DNA of 48,401 nucleotides from positions 1 to 48,401 of the forward strand of contig JBDSFG010000205.1 in the NCBI GenBank assembly GCA_039919615.1, in the 5' to 3' direction. Positions 1 to 8,901 of the stretch are shown here, piece by piece. Each line of letters starts with the position of its first letter. Positions within the stretch are counted from its first letter, which is position 1. Source of the DNA: Ginsengibacter sp. (GTDB taxonomy: Bacteria > Bacteroidota > Bacteroidia > Chitinophagales > Chitinophagaceae). Below the pieces are notes generated by a model. The model was not told the DNA's origin. It searched no databases and saw nothing but the letters and a program-made list of their open reading frames with translations. The position numbers and the translations under genes were made by a program.

Positions 1-25
1 TTTTTCAGGGCATTCATTTAATAGA

Positions 26-33
26 TAAATTTG
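26..33 (+). promoter_or_regulatory. Bacteroidota sigma-70 -7 element (TAAATTTG)
   Basis: Exact TAnnTTTG match ending 10 nt before the ATG at 44. Confidence 0.55.
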
Positions 34-43
34 TATGTAAAAA

Positions 44-571
44 ATGGAGTATAAAAGAGAAGTTTGGCAAAGGGGGCCTGTGGAAAACATTCCTGCATTG
101 TTGCAACCTATAGCTCATGCAATGTTGCAGGCCCGGGAAGAATTGTATGACATGATGAAAAATTTTCCTGAAGATCTTTTATGGGAAAGGCCCGGAGGCG
201 TAGCTTCTCCTGCATTTCATTTACAGCATTTAACAGGGGTGCTTAACAGGCTATTTACCTATGCAAAAGAAGAGGCGTTAAACGATGAACAATTACATTC
301 ACTTTCCCTGGAAGGCAACAAAGAAGGGTGCCCTTATGATCTTGCAATGCTGCTTGAGAAATTTTATGGGCAGGTTGATCTCTCCCTTACTGAATTGAAG
401 AAAGCAAAAATTGATATGCTTACGGATAGAAGGGTAATTGGAAGGCAAAAAATCCCCACTACTTTAATCGGTTTATATGTTCATGCCGCAGAACATACAA
501 TGAGACACATTGGTCAATTGCTGGTAACAGTGAGGGTTATTCAAAGTTCGCATTTGCGTCAACCCCTGTAA
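44..571 (+). CDS. DinB/YfiT-family four-helix metal-binding protein
   Basis: Helical 175-aa protein with His motifs 'FHLQHL' and 'HAAEHTMRHIGQL' typical of the DinB superfamily. Confidence 0.8.
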   Translation: MEYKREVWQRGPVENIPALLQPIAHAMLQAREELYDMMKNFPEDLLWERPGGVASPAFHLQHLTGVLNRLFTYAKEEALNDEQLHSLSLEGNKEGCPYDLAMLLEKFYGQVDLSLTELKKAKIDMLTDRRVIGRQKIPTTLIGLYVHAAEHTMRHIGQLLVTVRVIQSSHLRQPL

Positions 572-694
572 AGGCAAAAGCCTTACTAGTTGCGCTAATC
601 AAATTCATGTTAAAACATTTATTCAAATTAAGCGTTTAAAAAAATATAAGATCAAAGACGTAAATTCAATTTATCAAACCTAAAAAGTATAAGC

Positions 695-1405
695 ATGAAA
701 TCATTATCTGAAAACTGGTTTGCGGAAGGATACATAGATTTTGAACTGAAAAAATACACATTGCTTGCTTATCTCCAACATGTACATTCATACTTTAATC
801 AGAACAAACTTTATCCCCAATTGGCTGATATAATTTTTCACTACAACAATATTGTGGCATTCAGGGAGAACAGAAAATTTTTGCAGGAACATTTTCCAAA
901 GCAGCTTACGGAAATAAATTTAAAAAAGCTGCAGTTGGAATATGAAAGAATGATAGAAGATGATGAGATGATGAGAGAGCTTGAAGATATAGTTAGTTAC
1001 TCAGCTCAAAAAATGAAAACCGCTATACAAAACGGCACAGAGATATACGAATTTGTGGAAGACAAATTAACCATCGAGCCTGTAGGCCTCATTCCGATTG
1101 ACACTAACGAAGGTTACCTGTTGATAAGTGATGGGCACTTTAATACAACGGTTGCTTACCAATACCAGCTCACTATATTTGAAAAGCATGATGAGAAATA
1201 CCGGGGCCTCCGAACAGCGTTTGTTCAAAAGTGGATAAGGTCTGTAAGTAATTCAGCCGAAAATATAAAAGGCGAGTTAATAAAAAACCGGAAAGAATTA
1301 CCCAACCCTGCGGTGTATAGCATAGAAACGATGTTAGCTTACCCAATGGAGGAAACTTTACTGCCCATTGCAAAAAGAACATTTGTGAAATATATCAGCG
1401 GTTAA
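695..1405 (+). CDS. Conserved Bacteroidota hypothetical protein
   Basis: 236-aa ORF. The N-terminus 'LSENWFAEGYIDFELKKYTLLAYLQ' and C-terminal 'ETLLPIAKR' resemble a common Bacteroidota protein of unknown function. Confidence 0.7.
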   Translation: MKSLSENWFAEGYIDFELKKYTLLAYLQHVHSYFNQNKLYPQLADIIFHYNNIVAFRENRKFLQEHFPKQLTEINLKKLQLEYERMIEDDEMMRELEDIVSYSAQKMKTAIQNGTEIYEFVEDKLTIEPVGLIPIDTNEGYLLISDGHFNTTVAYQYQLTIFEKHDEKYRGLRTAFVQKWIRSVSNSAENIKGELIKNRKELPNPAVYSIETMLAYPMEETLLPIAKRTFVKYISG

Positions 1406-1413
1406 TGTGGCGT

Positions 1414-1421
1414 TATCTTTG
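1414..1421 (+). promoter_or_regulatory. Putative -7 promoter element (TATCTTTG)
   Basis: TAnnTTTG match in the intergenic region ~125 nt upstream of the ORF at 1547. Confidence 0.4.
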
Positions 1422-1546
1422 ACGATTTTTAAATATTTTTATATATCTTACATATCACCCTACGATTGCGATAGTTTTCCTTTCAAATATATTTTTAAAC
1501 TGATAAGTCTGTAATAAAGCCAGATAAGTCACAAATTGTAATTCCA

Positions 1547-2116
1547 ATGGCGAAATCAAACGACTTCGGTGTTGGGCTTATGCACGAAACTGCAATCACC
1601 GCATCCAAAGTTGGATGGGAGCCCGAAGATATTTCCAGTCTTTCAAAAGATGAAAACCTTATGAAATTGATTCGGGGAGTAATACTTGGCACACATGAAA
1701 TAAAAGAAATAGCCTATGTTATTGATTGCGATGCTCCTCCGTTTATCCCTGAGGGATGGCAGGTAGAACAACATAAACAACGCGGCAATATGAGGTTTGA
1801 AGCTTCAAAGATTGAGTTGCATTGTTCAAAAAATAAAAAGGGGGGAAGTACAGATGGTTACTATGTGCGTGAAGATCTTAAGGACAAAGAAGCACTTAAT
1901 GCAAATGTATTGGATTACCTGCTGGTAAATACCAAAGCTATTCCCGACGCCTGGAAAGATAAAGACATTTTCTTCTGGGGAACAATCTATAGCAGCCCCA
2001 AAGGTTACCTTCATGTTCGTTGCTTGTATTGGTGTGATGGCTTGTGGAGATGGGGCCACGATCGGTTGGGCGTTGACTGGAGCATTCACAAACTTGCAGC
2101 TATTTTAGTAACATGA
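1547..2116 (+). CDS. Hypothetical protein resembling CPR/Parcubacteria DGR variable (C-type-lectin-like) proteins
   Basis: Motifs IDCDAPPFIPEGWQVEQH, LNANVLDYLL, IPDAWK..IFFWGTIY and a Trp-rich C-terminus VRCLYW....W.W....L...W.....AA. The family was recognised from memory, not by search. Confidence 0.6.
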   Translation: MAKSNDFGVGLMHETAITASKVGWEPEDISSLSKDENLMKLIRGVILGTHEIKEIAYVIDCDAPPFIPEGWQVEQHKQRGNMRFEASKIELHCSKNKKGGSTDGYYVREDLKDKEALNANVLDYLLVNTKAIPDAWKDKDIFFWGTIYSSPKGYLHVRCLYWCDGLWRWGHDRLGVDWSIHKLAAILVT

Positions 2117-2224
2117 TCCTTATTATAAGGGATATCTTTATAAGGTTTATTTGGGTGAAAATTTATAAGTGTTTAAATTGCTAATAAATAATTCTACTCT
2201 AACCTTACCTGATTTCTTGTTATA

Positions 2225-4030
2225 ATGAGCTATCCGAAAATTATCTCTTTCTTTTTTCTATTTATTATCGGCATAACTATTCAAGGCATTACAGCCCAGT
2301 CCTTAAATATAAATGGAGATACCATATTTGTAAATATGGAGGCCGAAGTCCAAATTATCTTTCCAACACCCCCCAAAAATTTTAATACGATACCTGAAAA
2401 TACGGAGTACAGGATATGGAATGTGGGAACAGGCATAAATTTAATTCCGGGATCTGCTGATAATACCCCGGTAACTTTATCAGTTTCTGAAGCTGATAGA
2501 AACCATAAATTCATCCTCATCTTTAAACAGGAAATCAGCAAAAGGGAAGCAAAGCTCTATTATGATTATGCAACGATAAATAAACTGGCGCAGCACGTCA
2601 GGGTAAAAACATTGTCCAAATCGAATAAAACAGACCAGCCAACCGTACGTACTGAGCCTGTTAAAGATGACAAGAAAAAAGAAAAAAAGGAGATTGCCAG
2701 GGAGCAACCGGTTGATAGCTCCTTAAATTATTATGTTTTGTTAACAGAGGGAGATAAATATTTTGCACAGCAAAATTATGAGAGTGCTGCATTAAGTTTT
2801 AATAACGCACATGCCCTTCGCCCTAACGATAGAATTCCCCTTGAAAGGCTTGAGGAGATAAAAATTAAGTTAGGCGAAAAGGAAAAATCAAGCCAGCAAG
2901 CTAATGATAAAAAATTTCTGGCTATAATGGAAGAAGCCAAAATTTATCTTAACGAGCAAAAATATAATGAAGCACAACAAGCATACAAGCGTGCACTGGA
3001 GCTAAGGCCGGGAGATGACGATGCTAAAAGTTTGTTGCAGGCAGTAAATAATTATCTTTTGAAAGTAAATGTTCAAAGTGAAAAACAAAAAAGTAAGGAC
3101 ATCAAAACCAATAGCATTACCCGAGACGAAAAAATATCAAACAAAAAGCAATTAACAGATCAAAATAGTTACGACTCTGCCGTTAAATCAGCAGATAATT
3201 TTTTTAAAGCCGGCGATTATAATAATGCAAAAGCAGGATATTCCAAAGCATTGGAATTTATTAAGAAAAATTATCCCCAGGATCAGGTTAATAAAATAAA
3301 TAAAATTTTGAGTGACCAGGTTGTACAGGCTAATGCCGAAAAGCTTAAACTTGAACAACAACAAAATCTTAGATCAGAAGCAAAAGCAAAAAATGACAGT
3401 GTTGCCTCAGAAGCTGAAATAAAAAAGAAATATGCCCTGGCATTGACACAGGGAAAATCAAGTTATCTTAAAAATGATTTTTTAAACGCAAAATCTTTTT
3501 ATGAACAAGCAATGAATTTATTACCGGAGAAAGAAGAGCCAAAAAAGCAGCTGGCGATCATTAATAATAAACTTGCAGAAATAGAGAAGGAAAACGAAGT
3601 TAACAATAACTATGAACGAAGTATTGCTTTGGCAGACAGCCAGGTAATTGCAAAGGCGTATCAATCTTCAATTGCCACTTATAAGCAGGCATCAATTATA
3701 AAGCCATTGGAATCGTACCCCAGGAAGCAGGTAAAATATATTCAATCTGAATTAGTGCTTATCGAAAAAAAGAAACGGGAAGATGAGGAACGCCAATATA
3801 ATAATGCACTTGCCAGAGCTGATAAAGCTGTAGCTAACAAAAGCTATGAGGAAGCTAAATCAGGGTATACCGAGGCACTGTCTATTCATCCTGAGAATGA
3901 ATATGCACAAAAAAGACTTGAAATAATTTCTTACCAGTTAGAGAAAGAGAAAGCGGCAGCAAAAGTAGTCCGGGATACAATTCCGGTAATCCCGGAAAAA
4001 AAATCAAGAAGAAGAAAATCTTCAAAGTAA
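2225..4030 (+). CDS. Secreted TPR-repeat/coiled-coil protein with an N-terminal beta-rich domain
   Basis: Signal peptide, then six TPR-like units (e.g. YNEAQQAYKRALELRPGD, YEEAKSGYTEALSIHPEN) separated by charged helical spacers, and a basic tail. Confidence 0.75.
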   Translation: MSYPKIISFFFLFIIGITIQGITAQSLNINGDTIFVNMEAEVQIIFPTPPKNFNTIPENTEYRIWNVGTGINLIPGSADNTPVTLSVSEADRNHKFILIFKQEISKREAKLYYDYATINKLAQHVRVKTLSKSNKTDQPTVRTEPVKDDKKKEKKEIAREQPVDSSLNYYVLLTEGDKYFAQQNYESAALSFNNAHALRPNDRIPLERLEEIKIKLGEKEKSSQQANDKKFLAIMEEAKIYLNEQKYNEAQQAYKRALELRPGDDDAKSLLQAVNNYLLKVNVQSEKQKSKDIKTNSITRDEKISNKKQLTDQNSYDSAVKSADNFFKAGDYNNAKAGYSKALEFIKKNYPQDQVNKINKILSDQVVQANAEKLKLEQQQNLRSEAKAKNDSVASEAEIKKKYALALTQGKSSYLKNDFLNAKSFYEQAMNLLPEKEEPKKQLAIINNKLAEIEKENEVNNNYERSIALADSQVIAKAYQSSIATYKQASIIKPLESYPRKQVKYIQSELVLIEKKKREDEERQYNNALARADKAVANKSYEEAKSGYTEALSIHPENEYAQKRLEIISYQLEKEKAAAKVVRDTIPVIPEKKSRRRKSSK

Positions 4031-4134
4031 TATTCATTTCTCCGGGCTACGAGTACAAATATATTTGCGAATTATAGTTTGTAAAATATTGCTTAATCCA
4101 TGAATAATTGTTCGGCATCTGGTTGAACCCAATA

Positions 4135-5799
4135 TTATTGTTTAACTATTTTTTCAACTATTTTTTTATTTTTCGAAACGATCCTGAGAATATAAGTACC
4201 AGGTGAAAATAATGCAACATCATCAACTTTGATATTATTGAATCCCTTGTTTAAGAATATCTTCTTACCCGCCAATTTTTTACCTGAAGCATCCAGAATA
4301 TTTAATACTGATGCTTCATCTTTATCCCAATTAACATTAATATTAAAATAGTTTATGAATGGGTTTGAGGATATAAGTAAAGGTTTGGTATTTGCATTGG
4401 CTCTCAACGTAATTACTCTTGAGTAAGATTTTTTTCCATCCTGATCAACCTGTTTTAAACGGTAGTAAATGAGTGGGGATGTAACCCCCGAAAGATCATC
4501 TATTATTGAATAATCATGTTGCAATGAAGTAGTGGTATTGCCCTGTACCGTTGCAAAGGCAGTAAACGAGTTACCATCAAAACTTCTTTCAACCACAAAA
4601 TAACTGCAATTTTTTTCCAAAGAAGTTCCCCACGTGATCTTTGCATTTTTATTTTGCAGCGTTATGCCATTGAAATAAATAAAGGATAGTGGTAAAGGAT
4701 TTACTGCCTTAATCACAAAGCTGAATACGCCGGGGAAATACTGGTCTGCTTCTGTACCAAATTCTAAAATAGCGCTGGTAGCATTGGGCGTTATGCCGTA
4801 GCCGGTGCCAGCATAAAACTGATCAATATCAATTCCCATCTGGTTGGTATAGTTCGGGTTTTTGGCTGTTACATGAACCCCGTTATCGCTGATGGTGCCA
4901 TTCCATGGATTGTCAGCTGCGTTTATTTCATTTGAAAATATGTTACCGTTTATTTTCAAAAAATCTCCTGTAAGATTGGCGTCACCTTCCCATGCTGCCA
5001 CTCCCATTTTTGCATCAGTTGCAGCCAATGTGCCTGAAGGTACATTCAACCCTGTTAATGTTATTGAGGTTGTAAGCGGATTGCCATTATCAAACACCTG
5101 TTCAAATCCATCATACAACCGCACACTGTTATAGTCCAATGCGGCGTTCTCAAATACAACAATAATACACCAGCCTCCATAATTACCGCCGTTATCAATT
5201 GCGCCGCTTGAGAGCGGAGCGTTGCCTGCTGAATAACTACCGGCTCCATTGCTTTGTATAAATGATGTAACATCTGCAATTGCCTGGTAACGCACATATT
5301 CGGCACCACCCTGAATAAAAATACTTTTATCAATTTGTGCAGCAACAAATTCATCATAAGAAGCTAATGTCCCTTTTCTTATTTTAATTTTTTGATTGGC
5401 CGTTTGGGTCATATCAAAATCAGCAGTCTTTACCCGGCCTCCCCAATACAGGCGTGCTAATTTAATGGTGTTTATTCCGGCGGGTAAAGTAAGGTCGGCA
5501 GAAGAAGAATTTCTTGTTTCACTTCCACTGCCGGTGCTGCCATCAACATCTGTGTACTGCATGTTGTTAGCATCGTTACCATAAATACTGTTTCCGTCAG
5601 CGCCGTTATCATTCATGCGGGCAACATCAATGAGATTGGTATTTGTGTCAACAAGATTCATGAGCGTATTGCCAAACATAACAACGCTGCTTTTTGAATC
5701 ACCGGAATAAACAAGCGTATAGTTTCTAAACTGAGCCTTTAAAGCTGTTGAAAATAGTAGACCGATAAGAACAGATAATTTAACTTCAAAATTTTTCAT
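4135..5799 (-). CDS. T9SS type A sorting domain-containing secreted protein (DUF3344-like N-terminal beta domain)
   Basis: Signal peptide; 'NSSSADLTLP...ARLYWGG' motif; 'PLPLSFIYF' linker, Ig-like domain with YYRLKQVDQDG and CTD 'NPF...GTYILRI...KIVKQ'. Confidence 0.85.
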   Translation of the reverse strand: MKNFEVKLSVLIGLLFSTALKAQFRNYTLVYSGDSKSSVVMFGNTLMNLVDTNTNLIDVARMNDNGADGNSIYGNDANNMQYTDVDGSTGSGSETRNSSSADLTLPAGINTIKLARLYWGGRVKTADFDMTQTANQKIKIRKGTLASYDEFVAAQIDKSIFIQGGAEYVRYQAIADVTSFIQSNGAGSYSAGNAPLSSGAIDNGGNYGGWCIIVVFENAALDYNSVRLYDGFEQVFDNGNPLTTSITLTGLNVPSGTLAATDAKMGVAAWEGDANLTGDFLKINGNIFSNEINAADNPWNGTISDNGVHVTAKNPNYTNQMGIDIDQFYAGTGYGITPNATSAILEFGTEADQYFPGVFSFVIKAVNPLPLSFIYFNGITLQNKNAKITWGTSLEKNCSYFVVERSFDGNSFTAFATVQGNTTTSLQHDYSIIDDLSGVTSPLIYYRLKQVDQDGKKSYSRVITLRANANTKPLLISSNPFINYFNINVNWDKDEASVLNILDASGKKLAGKKIFLNKGFNNIKVDDVALFSPGTYILRIVSKNKKIVEKIVKQ

Positions 5800-6058
5800 T
5801 TCAACTTTTTACAGAGATGATCTTACATAAATCTTTTTTGCTGAAGGGTTCAAATTATATAACCGGTTAATTACAAAACTGATTTAAAAAGATAATAAAA
5901 ATAAATGGAATAAGCGGCTCATTGGTTAGATAAAATAGAAACCAGGATGCAATACAAATAGCTGACACATCCCCGGCAATAAAGCACGCATCATTCCAAG
6001 TCAATATTTTTCGTGAAGCTTTTATCTTATTATATCTTTAAAAAAAAATTGTACGCTT

Positions 6059-7195
6059 ATGAAAGCTGGAATGTCCATTGCTGTTTCATTACTCTTCGGG
6101 GTATTAATCTTCACGTCTGCAAGTGTGCCCTTGTTGCACAAACATGTCAGTGCTGGTTCTTCACAAACTGCTGTAAAACGCTTTTTATATGTGGCGGTGC
6201 CTGGCATAAGGGACTACCTCGGCTATGGCGGCCACGGTATTCTTGTTTTTGATATCGATAACAATCATCGCTTTATTAAAAGAATTACTACCCATGGCCT
6301 CCACCCGGATAAAACACCTTCCAATGTAAAAGGGATTGCTGTAAGTATTCCTCTCAATAGTATTTATATCAGCACAATTGAATCACTGCAACGAATAGAT
6401 TTAGCTACAGACAAATTGATTTGGGAAAAAGCATTTGAAGGCGGTTGCGACCGCATGGCCATTTCACCTGATGGGAAAACCATGTACCTCCCTTCTTTTG
6501 AAAAAGGCTTTTGGAATGTTGTTGATTGTGGTACCGGGGATATCATTAAAAATATCCCTGTTTTCAAAAGAGCACACAATACTATTTATGGTCCGTCAGG
6601 AGAGCATGTTTATTTAGACGATATCGCTTCGCCCTGGCTTTACATGGCAGATGCAAAAACACATAAACTTGTAAATAAGGTTGGACCATTTGCCAACTTC
6701 ATTCGTCCTTTTACTATTAATGGCAAAGAAACTCTTGTGTATGCTACCGTAGATAGTTTGTTGGGTTTTGAAGTAGGGGATATTAAGACCGGTAAGAAGC
6801 TGGCCCATATTGAAGTAGAAGGATGGAGTATGGGGCCGGTAAGAAGGCATGGTAACCCAAGCCATGGCATTGGATTAACGCCTGATGAAAAAGAATTATG
6901 GTTAGCTGACGGACACAACATGCGTGTACACGTTTTCAGTGCCATTGCACCTTACCAGCAGCTAACAACTATACCAGTACAGGATATGCCCGGATGGATA
7001 ACCTTTAGTATAGATGGAAAGTATGCATATCCTTCAAGCGGCGAAGTTATTGATACAAAGACCCGCAAAATAATTACTACTCTGCAGGATGAATTTCATA
7101 ATAACGCAGCAAGTGAAAAAATGCTGGAGATAGATTTTACAGGCAACAAACCAGTAAAAGCCTGCGATCAGTTTGGCATTGGGAGTCTGCGATGA
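6059..7195 (+). CDS. YncE/YVTN-type beta-propeller secreted protein
   Basis: Signal peptide and repeated blade motifs (MAISPDGKTMY, IGLTPDEKELW, ITFSIDGKYAY). Confidence 0.75.
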   Translation: MKAGMSIAVSLLFGVLIFTSASVPLLHKHVSAGSSQTAVKRFLYVAVPGIRDYLGYGGHGILVFDIDNNHRFIKRITTHGLHPDKTPSNVKGIAVSIPLNSIYISTIESLQRIDLATDKLIWEKAFEGGCDRMAISPDGKTMYLPSFEKGFWNVVDCGTGDIIKNIPVFKRAHNTIYGPSGEHVYLDDIASPWLYMADAKTHKLVNKVGPFANFIRPFTINGKETLVYATVDSLLGFEVGDIKTGKKLAHIEVEGWSMGPVRRHGNPSHGIGLTPDEKELWLADGHNMRVHVFSAIAPYQQLTTIPVQDMPGWITFSIDGKYAYPSSGEVIDTKTRKIITTLQDEFHNNAASEKMLEIDFTGNKPVKACDQFGIGSLR

Positions 7196-7209
7196 GGGGG
7201 GAAAGATCA

Positions 7210-7995
7210 TTAATATTCCATAACCTCAACTTTACGAAAATCCATTGGATGGCTGTTCGATTGCAATGAAATGTATCCATCCGTCACTAAATCATTTCCA
7301 TTGACTATAAACTTTTTTGCATTGGCATTTGCGGAATCATAATGAGGATTTTCAAATTGAATGATTTGTTCACCATTAACAAAGTGAGTAAACTTTCCAT
7401 CGTGGATATCAATTTCAGCAGTTACCCATTGGTCTCCGTGAAAAGTTTTTTTTACATCAGGTGATGTACAATAAGATGAATTTCTTTTTCCATTAATTTC
7501 TATATACATTCCTGATGCGCATATTTCACCGGAAGGTCGCTCATCTTTACCATTTCCGCCAAGCAGGTTATATTCAAGGCAAACAGGGAAAGACTGGCTC
7601 AAATCTAAAGTAGCAGGTGGCTGGCAATGATACTGTATGCCGCCATCACGATATCCCCATGAAGGCGCACCAGGCGTAAGGTTGCCCGTAAATCTATATT
7701 CAACTTTTAGCCTGTAATTTGTAAATTTCTTATTGTAATATAACGCTCCAAACTTATTACTAAAACTATCATATTGGTTGTACCGCGTACTAAGAATACC
7801 ATCTTCAACGCGAAAAGTATTACCGAAATTTTCGCCAGCCGGATATCCGGAAATTTTCGGAGTCCAGCCATCAAGGTTCTTTCCATTAAAAAGGCTGACC
7901 CATTTTTTTGTATCAGCTTGTCTTAAGGGAACTTTGGAAAAATAAGATTGTAAAAGAAATGGACAAAAAATTAAAAGCAATGGTAAGTGTTTCAT
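7210..7995 (-). CDS. DUF1080 (3-keto-glycoside hydrolase-like, GH16-like fold) secreted protein
   Basis: Hallmarks WVSLFNGKNLDGW, FRVEDG, NYRLKVEYRF and GYISLQS..HPMDFRKV; signal peptide. Confidence 0.85.
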   Translation of the reverse strand: MKHLPLLLIFCPFLLQSYFSKVPLRQADTKKWVSLFNGKNLDGWTPKISGYPAGENFGNTFRVEDGILSTRYNQYDSFSNKFGALYYNKKFTNYRLKVEYRFTGNLTPGAPSWGYRDGGIQYHCQPPATLDLSQSFPVCLEYNLLGGNGKDERPSGEICASGMYIEINGKRNSSYCTSPDVKKTFHGDQWVTAEIDIHDGKFTHFVNGEQIIQFENPHYDSANANAKKFIVNGNDLVTDGYISLQSNSHPMDFRKVEVMEY

Positions 7996-8065
7996 GCGGT
8001 GAAGATATTTTAGGGGAAGTTAAATAAAATTAAATGAGAGATTAAAAGCCGACAAAGCAATTATA

Positions 8066-8776
8066 TTATTTAGGCATAGATGGTCTTACTTCTATCTTGC
8101 TTGGTAACGTTCTTGGATTCATATTTAAAATGTCAGCAACCAGTTGACCGATATCTTCCGGCTGTATCTTCCACGCATCTGCCTCGTTAGGAATATGGTT
8201 GTTAAAATGTGTTGCAACAGAACCCGGCATAATCGTGGTCACCTTTATTCCCTGTTTACGCAGATCGAGCATGATAGCCTGTGTAAATCCTACCAGGCCA
8301 AATTTACTGGCATTATAAGCAGCGCCATTTTCAAAAAAGTTAGTGCCGGCAAGGCTTGCTATTGTTATGATGTACCCTTTGGATTTCTTCAATGCTTCGA
8401 GACTTGATTTTACACTGTTGAACACGCCGGTGAGGTTGGTGTCAATCGTGTTTTTCCAATCGTCCTCCGTTAAAGTTTCTATGGATGCAAAATGTCCCAC
8501 GCCTGCATTGGCAACCAATACATCAATTTGCCCGAAGCGATCAATTACCGCTTTCACCGCTTTTATTTCGGATGGCATGGAGCCTACATCTGATTCCAAA
8601 GCCAACACTCTTGAAGTATCTTTGCTTAACAATTCAGCCGCTTGTTTTGCTGCATTTATTGTTCTGCTGGTGATGGCCACTTTCATACCATTATCAAGTA
8701 AAATTTTTGCTATGCCAGAGCCTATGCCTTTGCTACCACCTGTTATATAGGCAACTTTATCTTTAAGATTATTCAT
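8066..8776 (-). CDS. SDR family oxidoreductase
   Basis: TGGSKGIG Rossmann motif, NAGVG, catalytic YNASK. Confidence 0.92.
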   Translation of the reverse strand: MNNLKDKVAYITGGSKGIGSGIAKILLDNGMKVAITSRTINAAKQAAELLSKDTSRVLALESDVGSMPSEIKAVKAVIDRFGQIDVLVANAGVGHFASIETLTEDDWKNTIDTNLTGVFNSVKSSLEALKKSKGYIITIASLAGTNFFENGAAYNASKFGLVGFTQAIMLDLRKQGIKVTTIMPGSVATHFNNHIPNEADAWKIQPEDIGQLVADILNMNPRTLPSKIEVRPSMPK

Positions 8777-8901
8777 AAGTGTTTATAAAATTTTGATTGA
8801 ATGGTTGTTTAAAAAAATTCTTTTAATGATTAAGACAATGGAAAAACTTTCCGGTTTTTATCTCTGCAAAAACTATGCGCCAACTTATTCCAAAATTCTT
8901 T

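Noticed and set aside
1547-2225. Complete DGR cassette
   Set aside because: No reverse transcriptase, avd or AAC-rich template repeat was seen in the window; only a target-like gene is supported.
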